A stretch of DNA of 64,000 nt from Azospirillaceae bacterium. GTDB lineage: Bacteria; Pseudomonadota; Alphaproteobacteria; Azospirillales; Azospirillaceae. Both the position numbers and the translations under genes were made by a program. The stretch is taken from NCBI GenBank assembly GCA_028281465.1, contig JANQJV010000345.1, positions 6,745-70,744 on the forward strand, written 5' to 3'. Of the stretch, positions 29,262 to 38,777 are shown piece by piece (the first letter of the stretch is position 1; each line of letters starts with the position of its first letter). The notes beneath the pieces are model-generated. The model did not search any database, was not told where the DNA came from, and saw only the letters and a list, made by a program, of their open reading frames with translations.

Positions 29262-30361
29262 GGTGGGCCCTCGGCTAGTTCCGCGGCGTCATCCCAGGCA
29301 ACGACGACACGCGCCCCATCGGTGACGAACTCATGACCGACCGTGATCAGCCCGATCTGCGTCGGTAGGCCGCTCAACCAGATGCCGTCCTTGTCGTCGC
29401 GCACGATCGTCACCGCGTGGAAGCGTACGCGATCATCCGCTGTCACCAGCTTGACGCCGAGTGTGCCGTCGTCGTCCAAGCTGAGCACCGACGGGCTGAC
29501 GAAATGCGCCAGCCGCTCCTGTAGGGGCAACAAGAGCTGGGCCGTCACCCCTTCGAGGATCGCGCCGTCCGGGTTGGGGACGTCAATCTCGACGCGGAAG
29601 GTCCGGGTTGCCTGTTCGGCTGTGGCAGAGACATAGCTGACTGTGCCGCCGACACGCTGGCCGGTGACCAGACGTCCTTCAGCCTTTTGACCGAGCCGGA
29701 TCTGCGTCACAGTTCTTTCGGAGACTTGGCCGACCAACTTGATGGGGTCCAGATCGACGACGGTCGCGACCGGGTCGCCGGCATCGACGAAATCACCCAA
29801 CTCCACCGGCCGTTGCTCCAGAACGCCGTCGAACGGAGTGCTGATGAGGGTTTGTTCCAACGCGATGCGCGCGCGCGCCAGTTCGGCGCGCGCGGCCTCG
29901 CGCAGGGCCATGGTTTCGACCATGCGGATTTCCGAATTGAAACCGCGGCTGCTCAACGAGTCAGCGGCTTTGTATTCCTTCTCTCGCAGGGCCAGCATGG
30001 CCACCGCTTGCTCTACCCGGGCGTCGCGATCTTCGACGTCGATGCGCAGGATCGGTTGCCCGATGGTGACCACACGGCCCCGTTCCACTAGAATTTCGTC
30101 CACAGCGCCGTCGATCTGGGCCCGGAGCGTCACCCGCCGGGCGGCTTGGGTATGACCGAACAAGGACACGGCGTTGACGATCGGTCGGGCCGAGAGCCGG
30201 GCCGCCCGAACCGTGGTTACAGGGACGGCATCGGCCGCCGCGGAATGGCTAGGGGATGGCGCCGTTTCTGCCTGGTCGCCAAGAGCAGGAATCTGGCCCG
30301 AGACGATCCAGCCCGTGGCCGACACGGCAATGGCGGCGGCAATCAGATAAGACGATCTCAT
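29258..30361 (-). CDS. RND efflux periplasmic adaptor (MFP/HlyD family)
   Basis: Start chosen at ATG 30361 (MRSSYLIAAAIAVSATGW...), a signal-anchor followed by barrel-sandwich and coiled-coil hairpin regions. The track ORF extends to 30469. Confidence 0.85.
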   Translation of the reverse strand: MRSSYLIAAAIAVSATGWIVSGQIPALGDQAETAPSPSHSAAADAVPVTTVRAARLSARPIVNAVSLFGHTQAARRVTLRAQIDGAVDEILVERGRVVTIGQPILRIDVEDRDARVEQAVAMLALREKEYKAADSLSSRGFNSEIRMVETMALREAARAELARARIALEQTLISTPFDGVLEQRPVELGDFVDAGDPVATVVDLDPIKLVGQVSERTVTQIRLGQKAEGRLVTGQRVGGTVSYVSATAEQATRTFRVEIDVPNPDGAILEGVTAQLLLPLQERLAHFVSPSVLSLDDDGTLGVKLVTADDRVRFHAVTIVRDDKDGIWLSGLPTQIGLITVGHEFVTDGARVVVAWDDAAELAEGPP

Positions 30362-30401
30362 AGGCGCGTGCCTCGTGCCTTGTGTCCGAGTGGGGTGACG
30401 G

Positions 30402-30989
30402 TCATTCCGCCGCATCCATTTTCGCCACGTCAGTCTTCGCGGCGGTTGAGGGGAGATTGATCTCGGCAATCAGGTCGTTCCGGTGGGTTTCCATGAATGC
30501 GGCGGCGGCCTGGTAAATGGCGATCCCCAGCCCGATGACGAAGCGGTCGCCTGCGGTCTGGGGCCGATTGCCGTCCTGCGCCGCTGCCAAGCAGGTTTCC
30601 AATCGGGTGATCTCACCACGGTGCCAGATCAGCCAGCGTTCGATCAGGTGATCCACCATATCTGTCGGCAGCACATGGGCGAACAGAAGTTGGAAGGCAT
30701 AATCGGACCTGAATCGGTCATCGGCCGGCGGCGTCATGAGTGCGCGTTTCAGTGCCAACTGTCCTGCTTCCGTAATCGTGTAGACGGTTTTGTCCGGCCG
30801 TGACGCCTGATGTTGCGTGTCGCCCTTGACCAGCCCGTCCTCACTCAGTTTGCGCAGGGCAGGATAAATCGACCCGAAGCCAGCTTCCTGGATGTGGCTC
30901 ATCGGACCGTCTTCGAACTGCTTGCGGATTTCGTACCCTGATGCCGGTCCGAAGTGCAGTACGCCCAGGCAAAGCGTCTTCACATCCAT
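30402..30989 (-). CDS. PadR family transcriptional regulator
   Basis: Winged-helix PadR signature (LCLGVLHFGPASGYEIRKQFE...GSIYPALRKLSEDGLV...KTVYTITEAG). Lies 40 nt upstream of the adaptor gene on the same strand. Confidence 0.85.
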   Translation of the reverse strand: MDVKTLCLGVLHFGPASGYEIRKQFEDGPMSHIQEAGFGSIYPALRKLSEDGLVKGDTQHQASRPDKTVYTITEAGQLALKRALMTPPADDRFRSDYAFQLLFAHVLPTDMVDHLIERWLIWHRGEITRLETCLAAAQDGNRPQTAGDRFVIGLGIAIYQAAAAFMETHRNDLIAEINLPSTAAKTDVAKMDAAE

Positions 30990-31029
30990 TGAGACGATCT
31001 TCTTGGTCAGTGGATTTTATCACGCGCCG

Positions 31030-31052
31030 TCATATATCTGGGAGATACATAT
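31030..31052. promoter_or_regulatory. near-palindromic AT-rich site upstream of padR (candidate operator)
   Basis: atatatct-ggg-agatacat (31032-31050): 7 of 8 positions are complementary between the half-sites. It lies 40-60 nt upstream of the padR ATG in a locally AT-rich stretch. Confidence 0.25.
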
Positions 31053-31112
31053 CGTCACGCAATATACGCGCGAAGCAAAGCAGATATGACGAATTAGAAT
31101 ATGTCGAGTCGA

Positions 31113-31141
31113 TATAATAAGTAAGACAGTCACTGTCTTAC
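31113..31141 (+). promoter_or_regulatory. perfect TATAAT hexamer followed by a perfect 9+9 bp palindrome
   Basis: TATAAT at 31113-31118. gtaagacag-tca-ctgtcttac at 31121-31141. No convincing -35 element found. Confidence 0.3.
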
Positions 31142-31725
31142 TGGCTTGCACGGTGCGTTGGATGCGCCATCAAGCACCGTGAGCAACACACGGAGCACGA
31201 GTGCACCGGCATCTCCCTTTCCCTCCAACGCGTATGCCATAGACCGGACTGAACCCGTTTTGACTGCACAAGAGTTTGGCAGCGCTCCATCCGGTGCGGG
31301 CGAAGGATATCGAAAGCCTCTGAGTCGATGCTCAGAAGGAAGACGTGGCTTTGCGTGTCGTGGCACGGCAGGAGATCAATGCCAGGCGGGAGACTTTCTC
31401 ATGTCGACCGTCGCTTTCCCGCGTGAGGCCAGGCGAACCTAGGCCGAATCGTCGCATCTACTCGATCGGAAGGACATCAAGGCGCTTCTCATGGCCAATA
31501 AAGAGGGCCCCCGAGGCATTCACAGCCGGACTCTTAGGTCAGGTTGCGGAACACAACAAACTCCCTGAGTATTTTGACAGATCGTTGGCGTGGCCTCAGT
31601 CAGTCTTTTTTGAGATTTTCTTGGGAGAATGATCTCGTTGGCAGTTCAATAAGCAGAATTGGTGATCCTTGTACGCCGACCACCGGTGGAATGGTCATCC
31701 GTGTCCGATGCCGCCTTCCGACACA

Positions 31726-34272
31726 ATGTCAGCTCGTCCCGTTCACACCGACCTTCCCATCGACTCGGTTCTGCCTTTGCTCCTGAGCGCCCTGGAACGG
31801 GAACGCCATGCCGTGCTGCAAGCTCCGCCCGGAGCTGGCAAAACGACCCGCGTGCCTCTGGTGTTGTTGGAGGCGTCCTGGCGCGGTGATGGCCGGATCA
31901 TCGTTTTGGAACCGCGCCGGCTGGCGGCGCGCGCATCCGCACGGCGCATGGCGTTTCTCTTGGGTGAACCCCTCGGCGAGACGGTTGGGTATCGGGTCCG
32001 GCACGACACCCGGATCGGACCGGGCACACGAGTCGAGGTGGTGACCGAAGGGGTGTTTCTGCGACTGATTCAGAGTGATCCGTCGCTCGAGGGTGTGGCC
32101 GTGGTGGTGTTTGACGAGTTGCACGAACGTCGTCTGGACAGTGACCTGGCGTTGGCACTGACCCTGGAGACACGTGCGGCCCTGCGCGCGGATCTGCGGC
32201 TCGTCGCCATGTCTGCCACCTTGGATGGTGCGGCCGTGGCTGGAGTGCTGGGGGGAGCCCCGGTGATCACAAGTGAAGGACGCAGTTTTCCCGTCGAGGT
32301 CAGGTATCTGCCATCGGCGGCCGGGGTGTGTACAGAGGCAGCGGTGGCCGGCGTGGTACGCCGGGTCTTGGCGGAGAGTGTGGGGGATATCCTCGTCTTT
32401 CTACCTGGTGGTGGTGAGATCCAGCGCGTTCACCGACGGCTTGCGGCCTCTGGTTTACCGGACTGTGTTCTCGTCGCGCCGCTGTACGGCGATCTCAGCC
32501 AGGACCAGCAGGATGCGGCGGTTCAGCCGATGCCGGACGGCTGGCGCAAGGTGGTGTTGGCAACCTCGATTGCGGAAACCAGCTTGACCATCGACGGTGT
32601 GCGGGTGGTCGTGGACGGCGGGATGGTCCGGGCCCCGCGCTTCGACCCGCGTAGTGGCATGGCACGGTTGGAAACGGTACGTATCTCCCAGGCATCGGCG
32701 ACGCAGCGCGCCGGCCGTGCCGGACGTACGGCGCCTGGTGTGTGTTACCGGTTGTGGCCCGAGGCCGCGCACAAGGCTTTGCCGGCCTTTACGGCACCGG
32801 AGATCACCCACGCCGATTTGGCGCCCTTGGCTCTGGAGTTGGCGGTGTGGGGTGCTGACACTCCGTCTGCCCTGACCTGGCTGGATCCACCGCCGGGGCC
32901 GGCCTACCAACAGGCCTGTGCCCTGTTGCGCGCCCTTGGGGCGATCGACGCCGCCGGGCGACTGACCGGGCATGGTGCAGCCATGGCGGGTTTCGGTGTG
33001 CATCCGCGGTTGGCGCACCTGATGATCCGAGGAGCGGCCCGCGGCCTCGGGCGCCTTGCCTGCCGGTTGGCCGCATTGTTGAGCGAACGCGATGTTCTGA
33101 GACCCGGCCTCGGATCGGGAGCGCGAAAAACGGACATCCGGCTGCGGTTGGATGCTGTTTGGCCGCACCGCGGCAGGGGTCAGCGTGGCGATAGCCGACT
33201 GGACTCCGGGCTGGTGCAGCACGTCCGGCAGGCATCCGAGCAATGGGCCCGTCAGCTTGGCCAATCCGGCGGAACGACCGAACCGGATCGGAACACAGTC
33301 GGCTTGTTGGTTGCCTTGGCCTATCCAGATCGGATCGCGCAGCGCCGGCCCGGCGGGACGGCCCAGTACCGGCTCGCCAATGGTCGGGGGGCGATCCTGG
33401 ATCCGTCGGATGTTCTTGCCAGGGAACCTTGGCTTGCCGTTGCCGACCTGGACGGCGATCGGCGCGACGCTCGCGTATTCTTGGCTGCGCCCGTCGTGCT
33501 CTCCGAGCTCTTGCAGGAGTTTGCTACCGACATCGTCATGGACGAGACCATCACCTGGGATGAACGCCAGCAGTCGGTGGTGGCGCGGCGGCAGCGCAAG
33601 CTCGCGGCACTGGTCCTGGAAGATGGCCCTCTGGCCCGGCCGGATGCGGACCGGTTGGCCGATGCTTTTCTCGCCGGTGTGCGAACGGCCGGCATGGCAT
33701 GCTTGCCGTGGTCCGAGGCAGCGACGGCATTACGACACCGGGTTGCATTCGTTCGTGCCGTTCAGGATGGCGGACTCGATTGGCCCGACCTGTCGGACGA
33801 CGCCTTGGTGGCATCCCTGGATCACTGGCTGCGGCCCTTCGTTGCCGGCATGACAAGGCTGTTGGAGCTGGATGATGCGCGGCTGGACGCCGCACTGCAC
33901 GCACTGTTGCCCGCGCCCTTGCCGCGGCGGCTGGACTCGATGGCCCCCACTCACCTGACCGTTCCCAGCGGGTCACGTATCCGTTTGGACTATGGTGACC
34001 CGCATGACCCGGTGCTGCCGGTACGTCTGCAAGAGATGTTCGGTGCGACGGAAACACCGCGCATTGCTGAGGGGCGCCATGCTGTCACTATTTCTCTGTT
34101 GTCGCCGGCCGGTCGACCAGTCCAGATCACCCGGGATCTGGTTGGTTTCTGGCGCGGCGGTTACCGGGCGGTGAAGGCCGAACTCAAGGGACGGTATCCA
34201 AAGCATGCCTGGCCCGACGATCCGCTCGCCGCTCCGGCCATGCGCGGTGCCAAGCCACCGCGGAGGCTCTGA
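31726..34272 (+). CDS. hrpB: ATP-dependent RNA helicase HrpB
   Basis: Walker A (APPGAGKTT), DEAH-type box (FDELHER), SAT, helicase C motifs (QRAGRAGR) and the HrpB-specific C-terminal domain. Start at ATG 31726. Confidence 0.9.
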   Translation: MSARPVHTDLPIDSVLPLLLSALERERHAVLQAPPGAGKTTRVPLVLLEASWRGDGRIIVLEPRRLAARASARRMAFLLGEPLGETVGYRVRHDTRIGPGTRVEVVTEGVFLRLIQSDPSLEGVAVVVFDELHERRLDSDLALALTLETRAALRADLRLVAMSATLDGAAVAGVLGGAPVITSEGRSFPVEVRYLPSAAGVCTEAAVAGVVRRVLAESVGDILVFLPGGGEIQRVHRRLAASGLPDCVLVAPLYGDLSQDQQDAAVQPMPDGWRKVVLATSIAETSLTIDGVRVVVDGGMVRAPRFDPRSGMARLETVRISQASATQRAGRAGRTAPGVCYRLWPEAAHKALPAFTAPEITHADLAPLALELAVWGADTPSALTWLDPPPGPAYQQACALLRALGAIDAAGRLTGHGAAMAGFGVHPRLAHLMIRGAARGLGRLACRLAALLSERDVLRPGLGSGARKTDIRLRLDAVWPHRGRGQRGDSRLDSGLVQHVRQASEQWARQLGQSGGTTEPDRNTVGLLVALAYPDRIAQRRPGGTAQYRLANGRGAILDPSDVLAREPWLAVADLDGDRRDARVFLAAPVVLSELLQEFATDIVMDETITWDERQQSVVARRQRKLAALVLEDGPLARPDADRLADAFLAGVRTAGMACLPWSEAATALRHRVAFVRAVQDGGLDWPDLSDDALVASLDHWLRPFVAGMTRLLELDDARLDAALHALLPAPLPRRLDSMAPTHLTVPSGSRIRLDYGDPHDPVLPVRLQEMFGATETPRIAEGRHAVTISLLSPAGRPVQITRDLVGFWRGGYRAVKAELKGRYPKHAWPDDPLAAPAMRGAKPPRRL

Positions 34273-34647
34273 TGGTGCCCGCATGTCTGCCTTTACCCGC
34301 TGCCGATCATGCGGGGCAGCCATGTGCTAATGGCGCGCCTATTGTTATCATATCAAACAAACATTCATGGGCACCCCTAAAGACTTGGCAAGTCTCCGGT
34401 TCCAGAGACTCCTGTCACCGTTTTCCGGTACTTGAAAAAAAACCTGGGCAACGACTACTGAACCGCGGGCGGGTTGGCAACTCTTGTTGGCACGACAATA
34501 TGGATGGCGGGATCGAGGGGTGAAGACCGGATCGATCCGTTACTGCCGGACTGAGCGTGGCGAGGGTGTCCGGTGCCAGCCGGCTGCACTCGGGCCCGCC
34601 GGGTGTTGGGGGCCAGCCCGATTTGTCGCTCTAAAGGAGGACGAATA

Positions 34648-34983
34648 ATGCAAGGACACACCAACGAGCCCTTTCAGGGCATGGACGCGGACCAGCACAA
34701 TACGGCATCCTTCTTGCGTTTCGGTGCTCTGTTCGCACTGGCTTTCTTTTTTGCGTCGACAGCGCCGAACGATCTGGTTGTGGCATCGCTGAGCTCTCTC
34801 CTGTTTCTTGGCGCCCTTGGCACCGTCCTGGTCGCCGTGGTGACCGGACAGGTGGTCCGTGCACCGCACCTGACGCGATGGGACGAGGCAGCCGCTCTCA
34901 TGGCTCTGTCGGTTTTGAGCGGCTGGTTCGTCGACGAGGTGGCCGTGCGCCAGGCACTCGAGAGCGCCCAAGGGTTGGGCTGA
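34648..34983 (+). CDS. small membrane protein, function unknown
   Basis: ATG 34648 preceded by AAGGAGGA. About 3 hydrophobic segments. Lies 31 nt upstream of the M48 peptidase gene. Confidence 0.5.
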   Translation: MQGHTNEPFQGMDADQHNTASFLRFGALFALAFFFASTAPNDLVVASLSSLLFLGALGTVLVAVVTGQVVRAPHLTRWDEAAALMALSVLSGWFVDEVAVRQALESAQGLG

Positions 34984-35014
34984 CCTCGGCCAAGATCCGT
35001 CGATCCTGTCCGCG

Positions 35015-35905
35015 ATGGTTTCGCTGCCGGCGTTGCAGCGTGCTCAAGCGTATCTGCGCACTTTAACGGCTGGTCTTCTGGCCGCCATGCTGGTTGTCGT
35101 GGGGACCGTGTCGTGGGTTCTGGCGGGGTGGCCTGGGTTGGCGATTTCCGCCGCCATCCTGGTGCTTGGGTGGCGGGCTGTCGTCGAGTTGTCGCCGATC
35201 GTCGTGATGCGGTTTTTCCGCGGTGTGCCAAATGCCAGACGGGATTCGCCCGAATTGGCAGGCATGGTGGCTGATCTGGCGCGTCGATCTGGTTTGCCGA
35301 CGGTGCCCAGGCTGTTTTACCTGCCACAGACAGACATCAATGCTGTGGCGGTTGGGGCTGGCACGGGCGCTGCTTTGGGCGTGTCTCATGGAGCATTGCG
35401 CCGGTTGACTTGGCACGAGATGCGGGGCGTTTTGGCGCACGAAATGGCTCACCTTGCCTCTGGCGATGCCAACCTCCTGGCCTTATCGACGCTGATTGCG
35501 GAGGTCACCCGCAGCCTCGCTATCATGGGGCTGTTCCTGGGAGCGGTCGTGTTGATAATGCTCGGTCCCGACAGTATTCCGCTTGGATTCGTGCTGTTTC
35601 TGGGCATGGTGTCGCCGGTCGTGGTGGGATTGCACCTGGCGTTGGCCCGAACGCGTGAATTTGCCGCCGATCTTCAGGCCGTCGCCACGACTGGTGATCC
35701 GCTTGGCCTGGCACAGGCCCTGTTCAAGATCGAGCAAATGGCCAAGCCACGGCGAACCCGGGGACTCGCCCGTCTTCCGATCTGGCTACGCACACACCCT
35801 CAGACCACCGATCGGGTTGCTGCCATCCTGCACATCGCCCGCACGGGTGTGGCACCGCCGGTTTGGCAAGGCGGGTGGCACACCGGTACCCGTGTTGGTT
35901 TCTGA
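35015..35905 (+). CDS. M48 family zinc metallopeptidase (HtpX-like)
   Basis: HEMAHL zinc-binding motif, flanking TM segments and a downstream EFAAD motif. Confidence 0.8.
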   Translation: MVSLPALQRAQAYLRTLTAGLLAAMLVVVGTVSWVLAGWPGLAISAAILVLGWRAVVELSPIVVMRFFRGVPNARRDSPELAGMVADLARRSGLPTVPRLFYLPQTDINAVAVGAGTGAALGVSHGALRRLTWHEMRGVLAHEMAHLASGDANLLALSTLIAEVTRSLAIMGLFLGAVVLIMLGPDSIPLGFVLFLGMVSPVVVGLHLALARTREFAADLQAVATTGDPLGLAQALFKIEQMAKPRRTRGLARLPIWLRTHPQTTDRVAAILHIARTGVAPPVWQGGWHTGTRVGF

Positions 35906-35957
35906 GCGGTTTGGCCGAGGCGGTCAACATCTGCCACCGCCTCGACCCATCCATCGC

Positions 35958-36551
35958 TTACGGGCTTTCCACCGGGAGTGCGGCCGGCTCGTTGCTCAGT
36001 GTCCGCATCCAGGCGATCAGGGCCGCTCGGTCGGTCGTGCTCGGCATGCCAGCATAGGTCATTTTGGTCCCCGAAGCGTATTGTCTTGGGTTGGCGATGA
36101 AGGCGTTCAACTCGGCATAGTCCCAGACGCCCTCCAACCCAGCCAGGGCAGCGGAGTAACTGAAGCCATCCGCTCCGCCGATGTCGGCGTTGACGATGTT
36201 CCAAAGGGCCGGCCCAACCCGGTGGCCGCCGTCTTCAGTAAAGGTGTGGCAAGCGGCACAGGCCCGGGACAAGCTCTTGCCTTTGGCAATATCCGCAGCG
36301 GCGAGCAGGGGGGCGATCGGTTCCGGTCCGGCTGGAGCGTTTTCGCCGGCCGTGTCGCCGCCGCTCACCGTATCCCCGCCATGACCGGCCATCACGGCAG
36401 TGGCGACCGGATGGGCAACGGTCCCGACAGAGTCCGCCACCACAAGTCGCTCGGCCAAAAACGTGGTGATCATCCCGACCAGACCGGCCACCAAGACGGC
36501 GCCGAAAAGCTTGTTGAGTTCCAATCCAGACATCTCCGGTCCTTCATTCAT
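35958..36551 (-). CDS. membrane-anchored c-type cytochrome (CycM-like)
   Basis: N-terminal TM anchor (LFGAVLVAGLVGMITTFL), CAACH heme-binding motif and a distal Met ligand region (GTKMTYAG). Confidence 0.85.
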   Translation of the reverse strand: MNEGPEMSGLELNKLFGAVLVAGLVGMITTFLAERLVVADSVGTVAHPVATAVMAGHGGDTVSGGDTAGENAPAGPEPIAPLLAAADIAKGKSLSRACAACHTFTEDGGHRVGPALWNIVNADIGGADGFSYSAALAGLEGVWDYAELNAFIANPRQYASGTKMTYAGMPSTTDRAALIAWMRTLSNEPAALPVESP

Positions 36552-36965
36552 CGACGTGCGCGCCAGAGGAATACGGCACGGCGCGCATTTATCAAGGCAA
36601 GATCAAAGGCAACGTGAATCACGGTTCCGGTAGCACCAGCGCTAACGACCAGTTTGCTGCTCCACGCCCTTCTCAGCCGGTTTTCCGTGCTTGTATGGCA
36701 CCTCACCGGGCTCTCGAGGCACGGTTCGGCGGGCGGCACTCCCTGCTGGCGATGCTGCAGCGCCCGACGGTCACACCCTGGGGGGATGTTCTATCGGATT
36801 AGCGATACTGGTCGATTGGGCTGCGTCGTGCCACCATACTCGATGTTCAACGAAGCCGGACACTGTGTTGACGGTTCACTCGGCACGGTACCTGGGTCGG
36901 ATTAGGACGTCGTCGGCAAAGCTGTGTCGGGACCAAGCACGGCGTTTACTTGATGATGAGACAAA

Positions 36966-37763
36966 ATGTCGTATTCTTTCCTGCGTGAGTCGGGTTCGCC
37001 GCGCTCTCCGATCATCGTCATCCCTGCCCGCCTAGCGGCGACCCGCCTGCCGAACAAGCCTTTGGCCGACATCCATGGCGAGGCGATGATTGTGCATGTC
37101 TGGCGCGCCGCTGTGGCCGCCGGTACCGGCCCCGTGTTGGTGGCTGCGGCCGATTTGCCGATCGCCGAAGCGATCCGTTCGGCGGGTGGCCGTGCGGTTC
37201 TAACCGACCCGGTTCATGCCTCCGGATCCGACCGGATCCACGAAGCAGTCGAACGCTGTGATCCGGACCGGCACCACGACGCGGTGATCAATCTTCAGGG
37301 AGACCTGCCCACCATTGCACCGGCGGCGGTTCGTGCCGTGTTGCGGCCGCTGGACGATCCGGCGGTCGATATTGCCACTTTGGTGGCGCCTGTAACCAGC
37401 GTCGGCGAACGGGATGACCCCAATGTGGTCAAGGCTGTGTTGGAGATTGCCGACGGCGCCAGGGTTGGTCGGGCATTGTATTTCTCGCGTGCCGTCGTTC
37501 CGTCGGGTGTTGGGCCGCACCACCATCACATCGGGCTTTATGCGTTTCGGCGCGCCGCCTTGGCCCGCTTCGTCGCCGGGTCACAGGGCATGTTGGAGCG
37601 CCGTGAGCGGCTTGAACAATTGCGCGCGTTGGCCATGGGGATGCGCATCGATGCAGCCGTGATTGACGATGTGCCGTTGGGGGTTGATACTCTGAGTGAT
37701 CTGGAGCTGGTCCGCGAACACCTGTCGCAGGCCACACGCGGCCGGTCCCCGGCCCCTGGATGA
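36966..37763 (+). CDS. kdsB: 3-deoxy-manno-octulosonate cytidylyltransferase
   Basis: N-terminal IVIPARLAATRLPNKPL motif and overall KdsB-like sequence. The stop overlaps the pheA start by 4 nt. Confidence 0.9.
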   Translation: MSYSFLRESGSPRSPIIVIPARLAATRLPNKPLADIHGEAMIVHVWRAAVAAGTGPVLVAAADLPIAEAIRSAGGRAVLTDPVHASGSDRIHEAVERCDPDRHHDAVINLQGDLPTIAPAAVRAVLRPLDDPAVDIATLVAPVTSVGERDDPNVVKAVLEIADGARVGRALYFSRAVVPSGVGPHHHHIGLYAFRRAALARFVAGSQGMLERRERLEQLRALAMGMRIDAAVIDDVPLGVDTLSDLELVREHLSQATRGRSPAPG

Positions 37764-38653
37764 ATCCCCAAATCCGCCAGTTTTCCGGTTCGATGTCGCA
37801 CAACACGATTGCCTTTCAAGGGACCCACGGCGCGCACTCTGATCTTGCCTGCCGCACCGTGTTTCCAGACATGACGACGCTGGCCTGTGCATCGTTCGAA
37901 GATGCCTTTGCGGCCGTCCGTGACGGCAGTGCCGTTCTGGCCATGATTCCGATCGAAAACTCGGTGATCGGCCGCATTGCCGATATCCACCACCTGTTGC
38001 CGCATGGTGGACTTCATGTCATCGGTGAGCACTTTCAACGCATCAATCATCACCTTCTGGCTATTCCAGGGACCACGGTGGAGCAACTGCGCCGCGTGCG
38101 TAGTCAGGTACCGGCGCTGGAGCAATGCCGTGAAACAGTGCGCCGGCTCGGCCTGGAGCCGATCGTGCACGGCGACACTGCAGGTGCGGCTGCCGAGGTG
38201 GCACGCCGTGCCGACCCGAGCGAGGCCGCGATCGCCTCGGATCTGGCGGCAGAAATCTATGGATTGACACGCCTGCTGGGCGATATCGAAGACGCGCACC
38301 ACAATACGACGCGCTTTTTGATCATGGCACGGGAACCGCAACAGCCGCCGGTGGATTCTGGCCCGGTGATCACCAGCTTCCTGTTCCGAGTCCGCAGCGT
38401 GCCGGCCTCATTGTTCAAGGCATTAGGTGGGTTTGCCACCAACGGCGTCAACATGACCAAATTGGAAAGCTACCTGGTCGACGGGCGTTTTACGGCAGCC
38501 CGTTTTTATGCAGACATCGAAGGGCATCCGGAATCCCGTAGTGTGCGCCTGGCTTTGCAGGAGCTCGAGTTTTTTGCCCGGGAAGTGAAAATATTGGGCG
38601 TGTATCCGGCTCACCCATTTCGCTTGCAGGGTGGTCAGTCCGGAGAAGACTGA
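37760..38653 (+). CDS. pheA: prephenate dehydratase
   Basis: PDT domain motifs (IAFQGTHGAHSD, ENSVIGRI, TRFLIM) and a C-terminal ACT domain (SFLFRVRSVPASLFKALGGFA). Confidence 0.9.
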   Translation: MNPQIRQFSGSMSHNTIAFQGTHGAHSDLACRTVFPDMTTLACASFEDAFAAVRDGSAVLAMIPIENSVIGRIADIHHLLPHGGLHVIGEHFQRINHHLLAIPGTTVEQLRRVRSQVPALEQCRETVRRLGLEPIVHGDTAGAAAEVARRADPSEAAIASDLAAEIYGLTRLLGDIEDAHHNTTRFLIMAREPQQPPVDSGPVITSFLFRVRSVPASLFKALGGFATNGVNMTKLESYLVDGRFTAARFYADIEGHPESRSVRLALQELEFFAREVKILGVYPAHPFRLQGGQSGED

Positions 38654-38715
38654 GGATTGAACCCTTAAACCGACACCGATCAGGGGGACCACCGAGCCTA
38701 CCCGGCGACTTTCGG

Positions 38716-38772
38716 TCTCCCCACTGCCAGTCTCCCCACTGCCAGTCTCCCCACTGCCAGTCTTCCCCGTGC
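38716..38772. repeat. 15-bp tandem repeat, 3 exact copies plus a degenerate fourth (tctccccactgccag)
   Basis: Exact units at 38716-38730, 38731-38745 and 38746-38760. A degenerate unit follows at 38761-38772. Lies in a convergent intergenic region. Confidence 0.9.
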
Positions 38773-38777
38773 GGTGA

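Noticed and set aside
31590-31612. T6 run (cagtcagtcttttttgag) as a terminator upstream of hrpB
   Set aside because: Only a 5-bp stem with a ~29-nt loop can be drawn ahead of it, which is not a convincing intrinsic terminator.
34475-34500. Sigma54-like sequence TGGCAActcttgTTGGCAcg upstream of the small membrane ORF and M48 peptidase
   Set aside because: The GG-to-GC spacing is off by one, and the -12 element reads TTGG rather than TTGC. The match is no better than chance in GC-rich DNA.
38716-38772. Could the short tandem repeats (here, 48111-48149 and 13598-13627) be CRISPR arrays?
   Set aside because: The units are 12-15 bp, directly abutting with no spacers, and there are only 2.5-3 copies. 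No cas genes are present. These are simple tandem repeats.
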